A DNA stretch of 64,000 nucleotides from assembly GCA_024679065.1 (NCBI GenBank), contig JAGIQG010000009.1, positions 73,222,001 through 73,286,000 on the forward strand, given 5' to 3'. Positions 26,171 through 39,046 of the stretch are shown here, one piece after another. The stretch's first letter is position 1, and the number at the start of each line of letters is the position of its first letter. The notes beneath the pieces are model-generated. The model searched no databases, was not told the DNA's origin, and was given only the letters and a program-made list of their open reading frames with translations. Source of the DNA: Sphyrna mokarran. Lineage: Eukaryota. A program made the translations under genes and the position numbers.

Positions 26171-27429
26171 TTGGTGATATTGTTGTGTAACATTATAATT
26201 GAAATAAAAATCTAATATTCAAACCTTTCAACTTATTTTTACAATGGGGAGGAGGAGAGCAAAAATACTTTGTAAAGGTTTTAAGCTTGGAAAAATGCCT
26301 AAGTTACTCTAATAATCACGTACATCCTCCTTCTGTCAAAAGAGTAACTGCCTTTACTGCATTTGAGAAAATTAATGTATCAATGATTTCATTTTAAATA
26401 ATTTAATTGGTGTAAACCTATCAACATGTGTATGTAACATTCTATCATAGAAAAAGGTAAGTTGCGAATGACAATGCCTGGTTCTTACCAGGTTTGGACT
26501 AGCGATGGAAGTATATTCAAATCCTTGGGAGTAATGCCAATATTTTCAAAGTGGCATTCTTTATACATTTTCACAAGCAGTTTAAGATCTTAAGAACTTC
26601 AATTATTCCTGAATTTCAGGAATGAGAAAGAGAAGTTTGACTAATTGGGGAGAAAAAGCAAGCAAGGCCATATAAATTAGTAACATAGAACTCTTCATGC
26701 CTGTATTAAGGGTCTGGGAATACCCCAGTGCTACAGAGAATTTTCTGCACCACTGTTGTTTAAAACTATGAGGCTGACTTTGTACTGAACACACATGTTG
26801 CCAGAATAGTTGATTCTTTTTCTTTGCTAGGCAACAATTTCCCATTTCAAAATTTTATTTTTGCAACCGAAGTTCGCAATAAAATGGTTGTTTTTGAAAC
26901 TAGATAGTAGGGTTGTCCTGATCAGCCTTTGGTAGTTCACAAACAACATAAAGTTCATAAATGTTCAACATTTTCTGAGTGTGCCAAGTTTGAATAAAAT
27001 TGGGACTTTATTTCTTTCTTGAGACGGAGAAAGAGATCAAAACACTGAAAGAGTTGTAGGACTTTTCTAACATCTCTCTGAGCAAAAAGCACAGACAATC
27101 ATAATATAAGCTGTTCTATCTTGTTGATAGAGGGTGATAAATGTAAGCTAGTGGAGATTTAGGTGCTCTTACCTTCTGTTTAAGGTCGGCAGTGAGGACT
27201 TCCACATTCTGTTAGCTGAAATAAGCTTCTGATGAGAACTGATTAGTGAGGAACAAACTAAAATCCCATTTACAGAATGGTATGTCTCATTGCCTATTTA
27301 ATTCTCATTTACTACTTGGTCAGAGTTGTTTCAAATTCCCATAACTTACCATATCTCTTATTTCTATGGTCAAACTCTCTTATCATCATAGTCCTTGAAT
27401 ACTCTACTGATGCCATATCTCCCCAACAG

Positions 27430-29990
27430 GCATGCAAACACACAAACTAGGAGCAAGAATAGGCTAGTTGTCCCATCAAGTCTATTCCCCATTCAATGAG
27501 ATAATGGTTGATCTAATTTTAACTTCAAGTTCAAATTGCAGCTTATCCCTGATAACATTTCACTCCCTTGTTTATAATGAATCTATCTAATTCTGTGTAA
27601 AAGTTATTTTCATATGCCACCTTAACTAGCTTTTGGAGAAGAGAATTCTAAAGTTTCTCATCCCCCTGAAGAAAAAATATTTTCCCATCTCTATCTTAAA
27701 CGGGTGACACCTCATGGCTAAATAGGGATCGCTAGTTCCAGATTGTCCCATAAGACAAAACATAGGCTGGAATTGTCTGCCTGTTCAAGTCCTGCCACCA
27801 TTGCCAGCAACAATGGAAAATATGGTGCTCAGCCAAATCTCCATTCATAGCAGCAGGACTAGAGAACCCCATCTGTGAATGAGGTCAGAGAATCCGACCC
27901 ACTCCAACATTTGCTCATGAGACAGCCTGCCCAGTCCAGGCATTAACCTGCTTCCAGTGCATTTGTATCATTTTTTATATAAATAGACTAATAATGTACA
28001 CAGTATTCTAGATGTGGTCTCACCAATGCCCTATATAACAGAAGCATAACCCCCCCTATTCTTGTATTCAATTCCCATTGCAATAAATGATAACAGTCTG
28101 TTAGCTTTGTTGCAGCTGCACACTAATCTGTTGCAATTCACGTACTAGCACATCCTCTGCATCTCAGAGCTCTGCAATCTCTCATCATTTAGTTAATTTT
28201 TTTTTATTTGTCCTGCTAAGTTGGACAACCTCATCTTTAGCTAATCTATCTATATCCTTTCTGAACATCCTTCTGTTTCCTTATAATATATGCTAAGGCT
28301 TTCCTGCCCTATTGCGTTGGATTTTCCAATGGCAGATGTGGCAATCCTTTTAAATCCCTTGTGACTTGGCAGGACATGAAAAGCTCATCAGCAGTAGGGC
28401 CAAGGAAACCCTATTCTTTCTTTCTCATCTATCTTTATGTCATCAGCAAATTTAGCAATGGTACCATTGCCCTTGTGAGAGGTGCATGCTCCTGTTCCTC
28501 TTACTGATGATTCTTTAGTTCAGGATTTTGTAAAGGACAAAATTACTGGGTTTGGCTCAACCACAAACTTGCTGTCTATCTAACAAAAAATCTACTATGT
28601 TATACAAGAGTTTTAAACTAGTGTTAATGATGCCCTACAGCACTTGATTGGTTAGCTAGATTTAAATCCCTCCATGATTTAACCTCAGCTTCCACTTAAG
28701 CACATAGATCATCATAATATGTTACAAGGCTTTACTAAAAAGCCACAGGCAAACCCTCATGTTTCTGCCCCAAATCATTTTTTTCAATTTTAGGCTGACC
28801 TGTAAAAAGTTACTTTTAAACCTCAGCCCCGAAACCCCATGGATTTAGCTGATAAATTACAACTCCCTACACAATTGATCCTTCTGGTAAAAGTTTAGGC
28901 ATGCAAATCAGTTTGATGATTCTTGATCCTCCTTCTTGACTGTAATACAAAACCTTCAGGCCATTGTCACCCGCATATAGCTGAAAACACATAATATAGG
29001 TAACCAGTGTTGAAAGTAGGACTGAGTCAAGATAACCAGCCCTGACCTTCCATCAACTGCAGTACCAGATCCTTCGATCTTGGCCTTTTTATGATGATTC
29101 TTATCGAAAATATGAAAACACATTTCTTGAAGGCGTTCCAACAGATAGCCAGTGCTTAGTAAGCTTTTGATTTCATTAGTCTGTCACATGCCTTGGTCCA
29201 CACAAACCCATTTATCAGAGATGTTATTTCCACAACTGAAATAATGGACCTCCAATCCAGGTGAGATATCTCTGGCTTCCAATTTGACATGCATCTAACA
29301 AGTTTTGTTCTCCTTGATCATTGTTGATGTTTGTATAAAGCTGTTGTCTAGGGTCATTTGTTACAATGGCCTTTGCAGCTTCTTTGAGTTGTCTGATAGT
29401 CTGTATCTTGTGTTGTCATTCAATCCTACACTCTTCATCCAAATAATTTATATAAATTGTTGGGAGCTGAGGCCCCAGCACAAATTCCAATGGTACACTA
29501 CTTATCACATTCTGCCAACCAGAAAATTACCTTTCTATGCCTATTGTTCCCTGTCAGCTAGCCAATCTTCTATCCGTGTCAAATGGTACCAGCTACACCA
29601 TGAGTTTTCACTCTCCTTTTGAGGCACCTTAATCACTTTCTGAAAATCTAACAGCACCTGTAACTTAGAATCATAGAAACTATACAGTTCAGTCCATTGA
29701 GTCTATTCCGACCATGATCCCCTGACATTAGGCTTAAGTGAGCATTGCCAATCAACCTAACCTGAATTTTTCAAAGAACGTCAATAAATTGGCTAAAAAT
29801 TCATTTCATACCACCATGTTGACTCTGCTGTTCACTTTGACTTTATCTAAATGCCCTGTTATTACATGTAGTTCCTAACATTTTCCCTATGACAGATGTT
29901 AAGAAAACTGGCCTGTAATTTCCTGAATTCTGACTTCTTGCTCTATAAATACAAAAGTTGTATGAGCTATTTTTGAACCCAATGAAACCT
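27430..29990 (-). mobile_element. CR1 LINE remnant with nested insertions
   Basis: CR1 tail aactaggagcaagaataggc; KFADD remnant gtcatcagcaaattt at 28439; resumes at ~29415 (cttcatccaaataatttatataaattg). Confidence 0.75.
28474..29415 (-). mobile_element. LTR-retrotransposon remnant (Gypsy-like RT/RNaseH) inserted in CR1
   Basis: Interrupts the CR1. Minus-strand peptides GFVWTKACDRL..EIKSLLST and a downstream FDK resemble the Gypsy RT-RNaseH connection (WxWTxxCxxAFxxIKxLL). Confidence 0.4.
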
Positions 29991-30849
29991 ATGGTATTTT
30001 TCTGATAGCAAACTTAGTTAAAGTTCATCATTATATAAGATATGGTCTTGTAATAATGCAGAAGGTTCATAGTTAATTGAAATCTGAAACAAATTCTAAA
30101 ATACTAATTTCTCCAATTACTTTAAGTAAAATTCAACCAGCTATTTACAGGAGATAGTGCACATCCACTCTCACTGAAGATATTTGGGTCACACAGTCTC
30201 ATGTTATAGTTATAAATTTTGGGCCTGCACATTGATGTACTTCAGATTCACAGCTTTTTTATCATTCAAAAATGTTATATCAATCACATCTCTAATATCC
30301 ACTACTCTGCCATGATGGGATGATGAGATACGAGGCAGTGAGAAGAATGAACTGCTTGTCTGATTTTTTTCATTCCATTACTCAGCAGCCAATTCAATTC
30401 TTGCAATCTGTCTTACTTTTGTCAGTACACTGGTGATCCATGGCCCAGTACACAAAATGTTCAATACCGACCTCAGTGTAGTTCCCAATACAAAAGATTA
30501 AGGGTGAGAAGTTGAGCTCACTGGAGGTAGCATTTTTTTTTTAAGTGATATGAGTCACGGTAGATTTTCAAAATGACTTCCATGTCAGACACGCTAGATG
30601 CCATATTGTACACATGTTCACATATATACAGTGAAGGTTTGCTGGAAGTATGCAGAGCAGATGGTTCATGATACTACATAACATCAGTTGGATGCATGCA
30701 ATTACATAAATACCCTCTACTTACCAGACATAGCTGGACACATGTTCTGCAACAGGAATGTTCTCCACTTGTGCTCTTTTAGTGGTTCCTGAGCTTCCTT
30801 TCAAGTTGCTTGCGTGTTATTTTTTTCTTAATGTTGCTACAATTTTACA

Positions 30850-31108
30850 AGTGGAGTTTGCACGTTCTCCCCGTGGTTGCGTGGGTTTTCTCCGGGCGCT
30901 CCGGTTTCCTCCCACATCCCAAAAAATTCGCTCTTAGGCTGATTGGGAAACAAATTGTCCCTACATTGAGACTCTTACATATTAGGAATAACCTAAAATT
31001 AGAATAGGATAATGGAATTGTTACTATATAGTTATGACGACGGTGCGGGCTCGTTGGGCCGAAGGGCCTGTTTCCCGTGCTGTGTTGCTCTAATCTCTTA
31101 AAAAAAAA
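30850..31108 (+). mobile_element. CpG-rich headless V-SINE variant with CR1 tail
   Basis: V-domain gcgtgggttttctccgggcgctccggtttcctcccacatcccaaa; tail gcgggctcgttgggccgaagggcctgtttcccgtgctgt then A9; related to 54117-54432. Confidence 0.8.
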
Positions 31109-31119
31109 GTGTTCTCTAT

Positions 31120-31400
31120 ATTTAAAGTTTATTTCTTAGTGTCACAAATAAATTTACATTAACACTGCACTGAAGTTACTGTGAAAATCCTCTAGCTGCC
31201 ACACTTCAGCACCTGTTCAAGTACACTGAGGGAGAATTTAACATGGCCAATGCACCTGACCAGCATGTCTTTTACACTGTGGGAGGAAACCTATGCAGGC
31301 ACGGGAAGAAAGCGCAAATTCCACACAGACAGTGACCCAAGCCGGAATTGAACACGAATCCCTGATAGTGTGAGGCAGAAGCGCTAAACACTGTGCCACT
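31120..31400 (-). mobile_element. tRNA-derived V-SINE
   Basis: Reverse complement of the family at 11617; lies tail-to-tail with the preceding SINE. Confidence 0.85.
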
Positions 31401-31892
31401 ACTTCAATTTGCAATAGTTTAAGAAAATGGGCAGCAAGATACTTAATGACTTTTTGCTGACTTCGCAACTAAAGCACAATTTGGTTATTCATAGCCATGT
31501 GGGTGCATTTGTAGGTTCTCCCATTGGGATAAAACAAGAGCAGGAGAATGGCCCACACAGAGCAGGGCAAGCTTCAGGAAGAGGGAGAAAAGGGGGAGAG
31601 AGAAGAGTGTTCAGCAGGAGAGCACCAGGGTGTTTGGAAAAACATTGTCCAAGTTTTATCTAAGAGAGGAACAATGTGGGAGATGTCTGTTTTTCAGTGA
31701 CAGCTACTTGCTGCACTCAAAACTCCAACCTTCACATAGAATAAGGACAACATTGCCAATGTCTATGGAGGTGACTGTGATGATGAATGTTTGTTCACCT
31801 GGCTCACTTCATACTGTTCCTGGAGATATTCACGTCGTCTTGCAATTCACCATCCGCTGTTGTGTGAGAAAAGTCACTGAGGTTGCTGCATC

Positions 31893-32095
31893 CATAGAAC
31901 ATAGAACAATACAGCACAAACAGGCCCTTCGGCCCATGAGTTGCACCGATCACATCTACCAATCCACAGACCTATCTATAACCCGCTATTCTATTCTTTT
32001 CCATATACATCCAGAAGTTTTTTAAAAGACCCCAGTGAGTTTGCCTCAACAACCTCTGACGGCAGTCGGTTCCATTCACCACCATTCACTCATCA
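31893..32095 (-). mobile_element. Short CR1 3' end
   Basis: (catagaa)n tail, acagcacaaacaggcccttcggccc. Confidence 0.8.
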
Positions 32096-32377
32096 AAAAT
32101 AGTTGACCACGTTTAATTTTCTCCTACCAAAGAGGAGGCAGATTGAGAGTTTAAATTTGTTAGAGTTGCAGGCTTCCTACAGTGCAGGGTGCAATTGATT
32201 ACACTGAGATTAACTTGCAGGTGTAGCAGGCCTGCTCTGCAGTGTACCAGAACTGAAGCACAGCGACTAACTGATGCATAACCATCGGCAGTAAACCATG
32301 CAAGTGACCGTTTAATATTCTCACCCTGTGGCAGTCCATTATGCCAGATGTATCGAAGCCACAATGGCAAGGGAAGG

Positions 32378-32692
32378 TGATGGCCTCTTGGTATAATAAC
32401 TAGACTATTAAGAAACTCAACTCATGATCTGGGGTTCAAATCCCACCATGGCAGATGGTGGAATTTGAATTCAATAAAAAAAAACTTGGAATTAAGAATC
32501 TACTGATGATCATGGAAACCATTATCATTGATCTCCTTCAGGGAATGAAACCCGCAATCCTTACCTGGTCTGGCCTACATGTTACAACCAGTTACAGCAA
32601 TTGGTTGATCTCAACTGCCCTCCAAGGGCAACTAGGGATGGATAATTAATGCTGGCCAACCAGTGACACTCATGTCCCATGAATGAATTTTA
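32378..32692 (+). mobile_element. tRNA-headed SINE (second family)
   Basis: B-box ggttcaaatcccaccatggcagatgg; tail caagggcaactagggatggataattaatgctggcc...catgaatgaat. Confidence 0.8.
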
Positions 32693-33616
32693 AAAAATTA
32701 CTGGCTGTGAGGTGGCAAGCTGACACCCAGGCTGATACACTGTGACACAACTCACACTTGTCTGCAGCAGGCATACAATGAAAGTCATTCTACCACATGA
32801 AATATGATCAAGTAAACCATCAGCAAGCTGAGACAATGCTCTGTCTGCAGGAGCTGCAGCCCTCTGTTGAGCAAGCATAGGGATTGATAGTGGTCTGTGG
32901 CACACTGTAGAAACTCAAGTCCTGGGGGTGCAGGCTTTGCCACCAGTTAAAGGCAAACAACTGAGGAGCATGAGGAGGAATTAGGAAGGAAACAATCTCG
33001 ACAACCCCTTTCTGCCCCTGAACGATCTATCTGCATGCAACACCAGTAACTGCAACCTTAAATCTCTTTTGTCAATGACCATCACAGCATCCCCTTGGTC
33101 ACGATGCAAAAAATAAAAGCCATTACTAAATAAACATTCCAATCGAAATTTATAAATGAATTCATGACATATTGTAGACAAATATCAATGAATCATCTCT
33201 GAACGTTCCCTCAGTGTCTGTCTTCACGGTGTTTCTGCCTGTGCGACTGCTCAGTGCAACACTAGAGGCTGCAGCATGGTTTGGAGAAGCCACTTGACTT
33301 TTAGTGGAGGAAAATGCAAATTGAGGATGATCTCGAGCAGCCTAGCAAGGCAAGCTGTCGCCAGCATCATTTCAGCATGGGAAGTGGCAGGCTGAGCTGG
33401 CTTCCAGACAACAATAGGAACACTGGCAGAATGACAGAGGTGGGCGGATGATTGGTGTCTTCCTGAGAAAGAGGAGCAGGATTGTGCTCCATTAAATCAC
33501 TGTCACTCCACTGGGCCTGTGCCTCAGCAATTCCAATAATCTTCAGGAGAAAAGGCTGCTGGAGCCGTGATACCATGAAAACCTCATTGCTTTATACAGA
33601 ACTCTGTTACCGCTTG

Positions 33617-34117
33617 ATAGAACATAGAACATAGAACATTACAGCACAGAACAGGCCCTTCGGCCTTCGATGTTGTGCCGACCAAAATAAAAAGCAATGC
33701 CCCTCCAAACTAAACCATTCCCTTCTCTTCCATATACTTATCAATTAACCTCTTAAACGCCACCAAACTTGGCGCATCTACAACAGCTGCAGGCAGGGCA
33801 TTCCACTCCCTAATCACTCTTTGAGTAAAGAACCTACCTCTGATATCCGTCCTATAACTCATACCCCTTAATTTAAAGCTGTGTCCCCTCGTGCTAGCTT
33901 TCTCCATCCTAGGAAAAAGGCTATCACTGTCCACCCTATCTAAACCTCTAATCATCTTATATGCTTCAATAAGATCCCCTCTTAGCCGCCTCCTTTCTAA
34001 CGAAAACAACCTCAAATCCTTCAACCTCTCTTCATAGGACCTGCCCTTCATACCAGGCAACATCCTGGTAAACCTCCTCTGTACCCTCTCCAATGCCTCC
34101 ACATCTTTCTTATAAAA
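33617..34117 (-). mobile_element. Young 5'-truncated CR1 LINE with open ORF2 C-terminus
   Basis: Uninterrupted ORF 33710..34102 (EALERVQRRFTRMLPG...FSLERRRLRGDLIEAYK...FFTQRVIREWNALP); (ATGTTCT)n tail. Confidence 0.93.
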
Positions 34118-35004
34118 GTTGATGTTAGTTAGTTAGATGTTAGTTGCTTGCTTCTCTATTCCTTGCCACTGACTGCTGCTTTCCTGAAGGTTACTAATGC
34201 ACCAACAATTTTTGTTGTGCATTCCTAGCAATGTTTTTTTGCTCTGTAGGCTGCTCCATTTAAACCTTCATCTGAATGCCCTGCAGTGAGTTTGCCCTCT
34301 GATGAACTAGCATCTGTACCCTGATTGCAATGTACCAGGTCTTACTCTGTGCCAATCCTAGTCTGAGATGCATGCAGTTAGTGTCTGAGCTGGCGGCTGC
34401 GAGTGTCTAACCAAATTCCCTGTCATTATTCATGGTTGCTTCTTGGTGTTCCTTCACTGCCTGGCCAGGTTACATCACATGGGTGCCAACAAAGAAATGG
34501 TTAATAGGTTATACACAGTACTAGCATTTTAACTAAGAGTTGTGGGTGTAAAGCTTGCATCAGCACTAGACCTGTAAGGGTATGAGTTTTAGCTATGAGG
34601 CCAATTAGTAGAGATTGTTGCTAGATGAGGGATGGCAGAGGTTGATTTGAGAAATAATGGTGCTATGGAACTTGAAGGTGTATTCACTGACCTTGACCAC
34701 TTGTGAGACAATTCCTTGTGGCAATACTTCCAAAACCTTTGGGTTTATCTATCTCTGTGATCTCCACAATTATCTGCCCCCATTGATCTTTAACATCTTT
34801 CTCACTTACAGATACAGAATATCTGACTTCCTTCCCACCTCCATTAGCAAAAACTTCAGTGCAGTGCCTGAAAACCTTGGGAGTCTTCTCTCTCTCCATT
34901 GTTGTGTCATTCCTCACTCTTTCTCAGGTCAGATTCCTTCCAGCTATAATGTCTGCCACTTGGTCCAGCCACCACGCATTTCGTCTTTCAGCACAAGGTC
35001 ATTT

Positions 35005-35270
35005 ACAACATAGGAGGAAGCCATTGGGCCCATTGAATTTTTTTTTGCCAGCTCTCTGTGAAGCAATGAATTTAGACCCATATCACTGCTCTATGCCATG
35101 GCCTTACAAGCTCATTTCTTTCACATGCCCATTTCCTTCTGAAATCAGTGCCCATTTCTGCTTCCACTATACTTATGGGCAATGAGTTCCAATTCATTTC
35201 CACTCTTATTCCCTGCATCCCTTTTCCAAAACCTTAAATTCCTGTTCTTAGTCCTTGCACAGTTGACAAT
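35005..35270 (-). mobile_element. Decayed CR1 3' end
   Basis: acaacataggaggaagccattgggcccattga tail and ttccactatacttatgggcaatgagttcc. Confidence 0.6.
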
Positions 35271-38200
35271 TGAGTTTTAAGCAGCACAGGCTGGCTTTAA
35301 GTAATGCAAGCCACTCGCTGGTCTCTTGCTGATGCATTCCGATAGATAAGTTTGCATTAGCACTGACTGGAGAACATTTCCAAGGGCACCATAGAATCTT
35401 TTCTTCCTCAGTGGGCACTGCAGGGACTGGGATATATTATCAACACCTTTAAACACGTTTTAGTTTGATGTTTTGAGTTTTCTTTCTTCTTTATTTGCTG
35501 TTTTGGGTGGCTCCCTTCTTTTTGGGGGCCGCCCTTTTTAATTTGTCCCTCAGTTAATTTGATTTAGTCTATTCTTTTAGTCAAAAAGTTTGACTGGAGA
35601 ACATTCAAGTGAGTAATTGAACAAAGGTACCATGCTGCATTTCAGTATAATCAAAGGGCTAATCGTGCATCACAATCCTTGTCCCCATTTTCAGGAGTTA
35701 TTCAATTTAGCCGGTCAGAGGAATTGCGTGACCCTTCACCTCGTGTTGAATTAAGCCTTTTATGGAAGCTTTTACAATTGTTCTTTCCTTGAAAAGCAGG
35801 TGGATGTTGTTTCAGAGTTAGTCGAGGTTTATGTAATTGACAAGAATTCCAAATCTTCTATTTCATGGAACCTAGCTCTACTGGTACAGTTGGAACAAAT
35901 TGGACATTGACATATAGCCCACAGCAGCAGGGAAATAATTCAGAGTGCATTTCCTTCTTGAATGAAACAATGATGCAGTTTCCCTGCACAGTTTAAGGTG
36001 AAAATTACCACCTATATTTTATGGATCTCAGAATTTGACAGAACTCATGAAAATTATTATTTTTTGGAGTCACTTTCGTGCTAATTAAGTTGATGGATTT
36101 CAACGCAAAGTGGAACATTTCTCTGCTTCTGAGTACAATATACAAAAGGCCAAGTAACCCCTGTCTATGCATAGTGCCAATTAGCCGCAAGGTTAATGGC
36201 CCTGGCTTTATTTCTTAGAAGACATTTCGAGTGAAACTGGTCTTTGGTGTAGTATAAAATAGGTGACATTAGATCAGTAGCCTGTTTTGCATCCCACCCT
36301 GTTTTCTACTGAAGGCAATCAAAGAGAAAATTGGACAGGATGTAAAGAGGTGGCCAATTTTGTCCATTCTGCATTATAGCCCCATCTCTAACCTAAGACT
36401 AATTCCACTGAGTTGATTTCTTTGCAAAATGTAACATTTCCCTTCCTTTCATGATCTTTTTCCTCTCCTTATTTAGACTCACAACATAATGTCAATCAGA
36501 GATAAATTATAGAAGTTTTGTACTACTTTATGAGCAGTTTTGAGCCCACTTTGAAATGGTTCAAGATAATCCAGGGTCTTTCCATGAGATCCTTGAAGTT
36601 GGAGGAAGAGAGAGGAAGATTAACTTCCATCCCATCACTTTGGACTAGATTTGAACATTTGTTCTTAAATTGAAAAGACAACATTAAAGCCTGCCAATTC
36701 AATTAATCCTCAACAGTGTTGCAGCTAGCATCTACAATTGCGCTGTTACCAAGTACACTCCCCAATGTGAAACTGAGCCATGCAGATAAAGCCTCAGATT
36801 CAATCTCTAGGCTGTGCTTAGTGAGGAATAAACAGAAAAGACGACAAAAAGATGTGGTTACCTCTTCAATACTTCGTATGGGACCTTCAGTCATTAATTT
36901 TAGATTAAACAAAGGGCTCTCCAAATATCAAATGCAATTAAAAAGAAATCAATTGGAAGGATGGATCATTGAGTAGCTTAGTTATTCCATCTGGTCCAGT
37001 CAACCTCCCTGACTGGATTAATTTGTGTCAAGTTAAAACAAGGTCCTGGAATGCTGAATCCAATTTAAGACAGAGCACATGTTATTTTCTCCAAATTGTA
37101 CTCTTTCTCCGTATATTTCACGTGCACAGATTTAAATAAGAGTAGAATCTTAATATTCTTACCTCGTGCTGAAATGCCCTGATGTGATATGCCTTTAAAT
37201 ACAACATTAGCACAAAATGATGCATGCACATTGCACAGAAGCCTAGCATATGAAGTACATAGGATCAAATCAAACCTCTTAATAGATTTTATGGCAATTT
37301 CTTAACAATGAGAAACTTTGGGCACCAGTGAAAGAGATGATATCAAGAAGTTCCCTGGGCATCATTACCATTTTATGAAGAATTTATGTCTTAGACACAG
37401 ATGAGATTCAAGTTTTCTTCCAATCATGTTTAGTGGGTTAACTAAAGCTTTCTTTTCATTTGATTTCAATGGGTTTGCAATTTGATAAATTGGATTAGGG
37501 TAAGGCTATTACGAATATCCAATATTAATCTATTTCCATTTTGCACAGTCAGTGATAATTCTTCAATGGTGACAAAACTTGAATAAACCAAGATCTTACA
37601 GTCAACAATAACGTATGACAAACTACAAAGCTCACAAAATGTTAAGCTTTAGCAGCTTGCTTGATTGTGTTTTTTTTCCTCAGTAGCTAATCTGTCAGCT
37701 GTCTAAATTCTACCTTCTATAAAATGAATATAAAATTACATATATTGTGGTAGGAAGTAGCAAGTTAATAGTGTTTACAGCAAAATTTACTCAGAAATCT
37801 TGTTCTGGAGATCTTCCCCATTTCAAATATTCTGATCTTATCATGCTAACCAATGCACAATTTATAACCATTCCTGAGATTAAAATTTATGAAGGTAAGC
37901 AGTTCCAAGCACAAAGAAAAGGCTCCAATAATTCCAACATAAATTTGCTTCCAATGGTCTCACCCGTTATAGTCAAAAATGAGTAAAATTCCAGTTTTTA
38001 ACTCTGTAATTTTTACCAGCTCTTTCAACATGGAATTTAACAACTCTGTTCAGCCATGTTAAATGTCCAGCTTTTAAGTAACTCCAATGGATTAACCACA
38101 CCAATAATGTATAAACATGCATCTCAGAGACTTGAGAATGGAAAGCTGAGCCAGTAAAGAGAGAAGAGAATGAGAGAAGATTGCATTTTTATCTTATATG

Positions 38201-39046
38201 TTGTACATAGTACAACATAAAATAAGGTATATGAGGAAAGTTTAATTGGTGGCACAAAATGTTGCCAATCTTAGCCACAGGGGTTGACACATCTCATTGA
38301 GGAGAATGGTCTACACAAGCTATGCATTTAGATAGCTAGACTGTAAAGGTATCATGAGTGATTTTACCAAAAGAATTCTAAATCCCAAACGAGCATAAAA
38401 ATGGGAGAAAATTGCATTGTGTTTTGGGCGACTTAAAAATTGAATCTTATCACCCTCTGTGAAAGAGAGCTTAGCAAACTTGAAATTCACCAGGAGCATG
38501 AGTGGGCCAGCAAGTCACCAGAAAACTGGCTGACAGCAGCAGATGGTACACTTGTGCATATGCAGGTTTCTGTACTGTGAGAGCACAGAGACCTGTCAGT
38601 GCCTCTGCTGCTATCAGCTGGCCTTATGGCCTAAACCTGCTATTGTGGAAACAGCCAATTGCAAGATCCTCTCCCTCACAGAACGTTGTAGAATTACAGT
38701 GGCCCATCCCCTGGTCTATTCTACTTGCTCCCTCATTTGGACCCTCCTCCCCACCCCCTGCCTGCCGGTGAGCACTGCCAGAATGTCAGATTGAAAATGC
38801 TCATCTGGTATGACCTGAGGGCCTCATTGGCCTCCACTCCAACAGTGAGGCAATCATGTCTGATCCCTGTTGATAGGGGACCATCAAAGGAGACCTTTTT
38901 GGGGTGAGGCCAGATAATTGGTGCCATTAAGATAGTAAGGGGCAAGAAATCGGGCATGAACCTGATTTTGTGGCTCCCTTGCAATCTTACTGGCTCACTG
39001 CACCCATCGCAACATTTTGTCAGCATGCACCAAAGGGCTGGTGCGT

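Larger units (their letters stand above)
31440..33030 (+). pseudogene. Decayed PIF/Harbinger DDE transposase (HARBI1-like), interrupted by CR1 and SINE
   Basis: ORF 31630 LREEQCGRCLFF...LQPSHRIRTTLPMSMEVTV...GDI..VLQFTIRCCVRKVTE; after the CR1 insert, RVAGF..VQGAIDYT matches the Harbinger GFPxVxGAIDCTH motif; acidic C-terminus near 32965. Confidence 0.75.

Noticed and set aside
26190-27130. Possible ancient L1/Tx1 RT fragment on the minus strand
   Set aside because: Only vague motif resemblance; too degraded to support a call.
33710-34102. 130-aa clean ORF as a nested host gene
   Set aside because: It is the CR1 ORF2 C-terminus with a CR1 tail.
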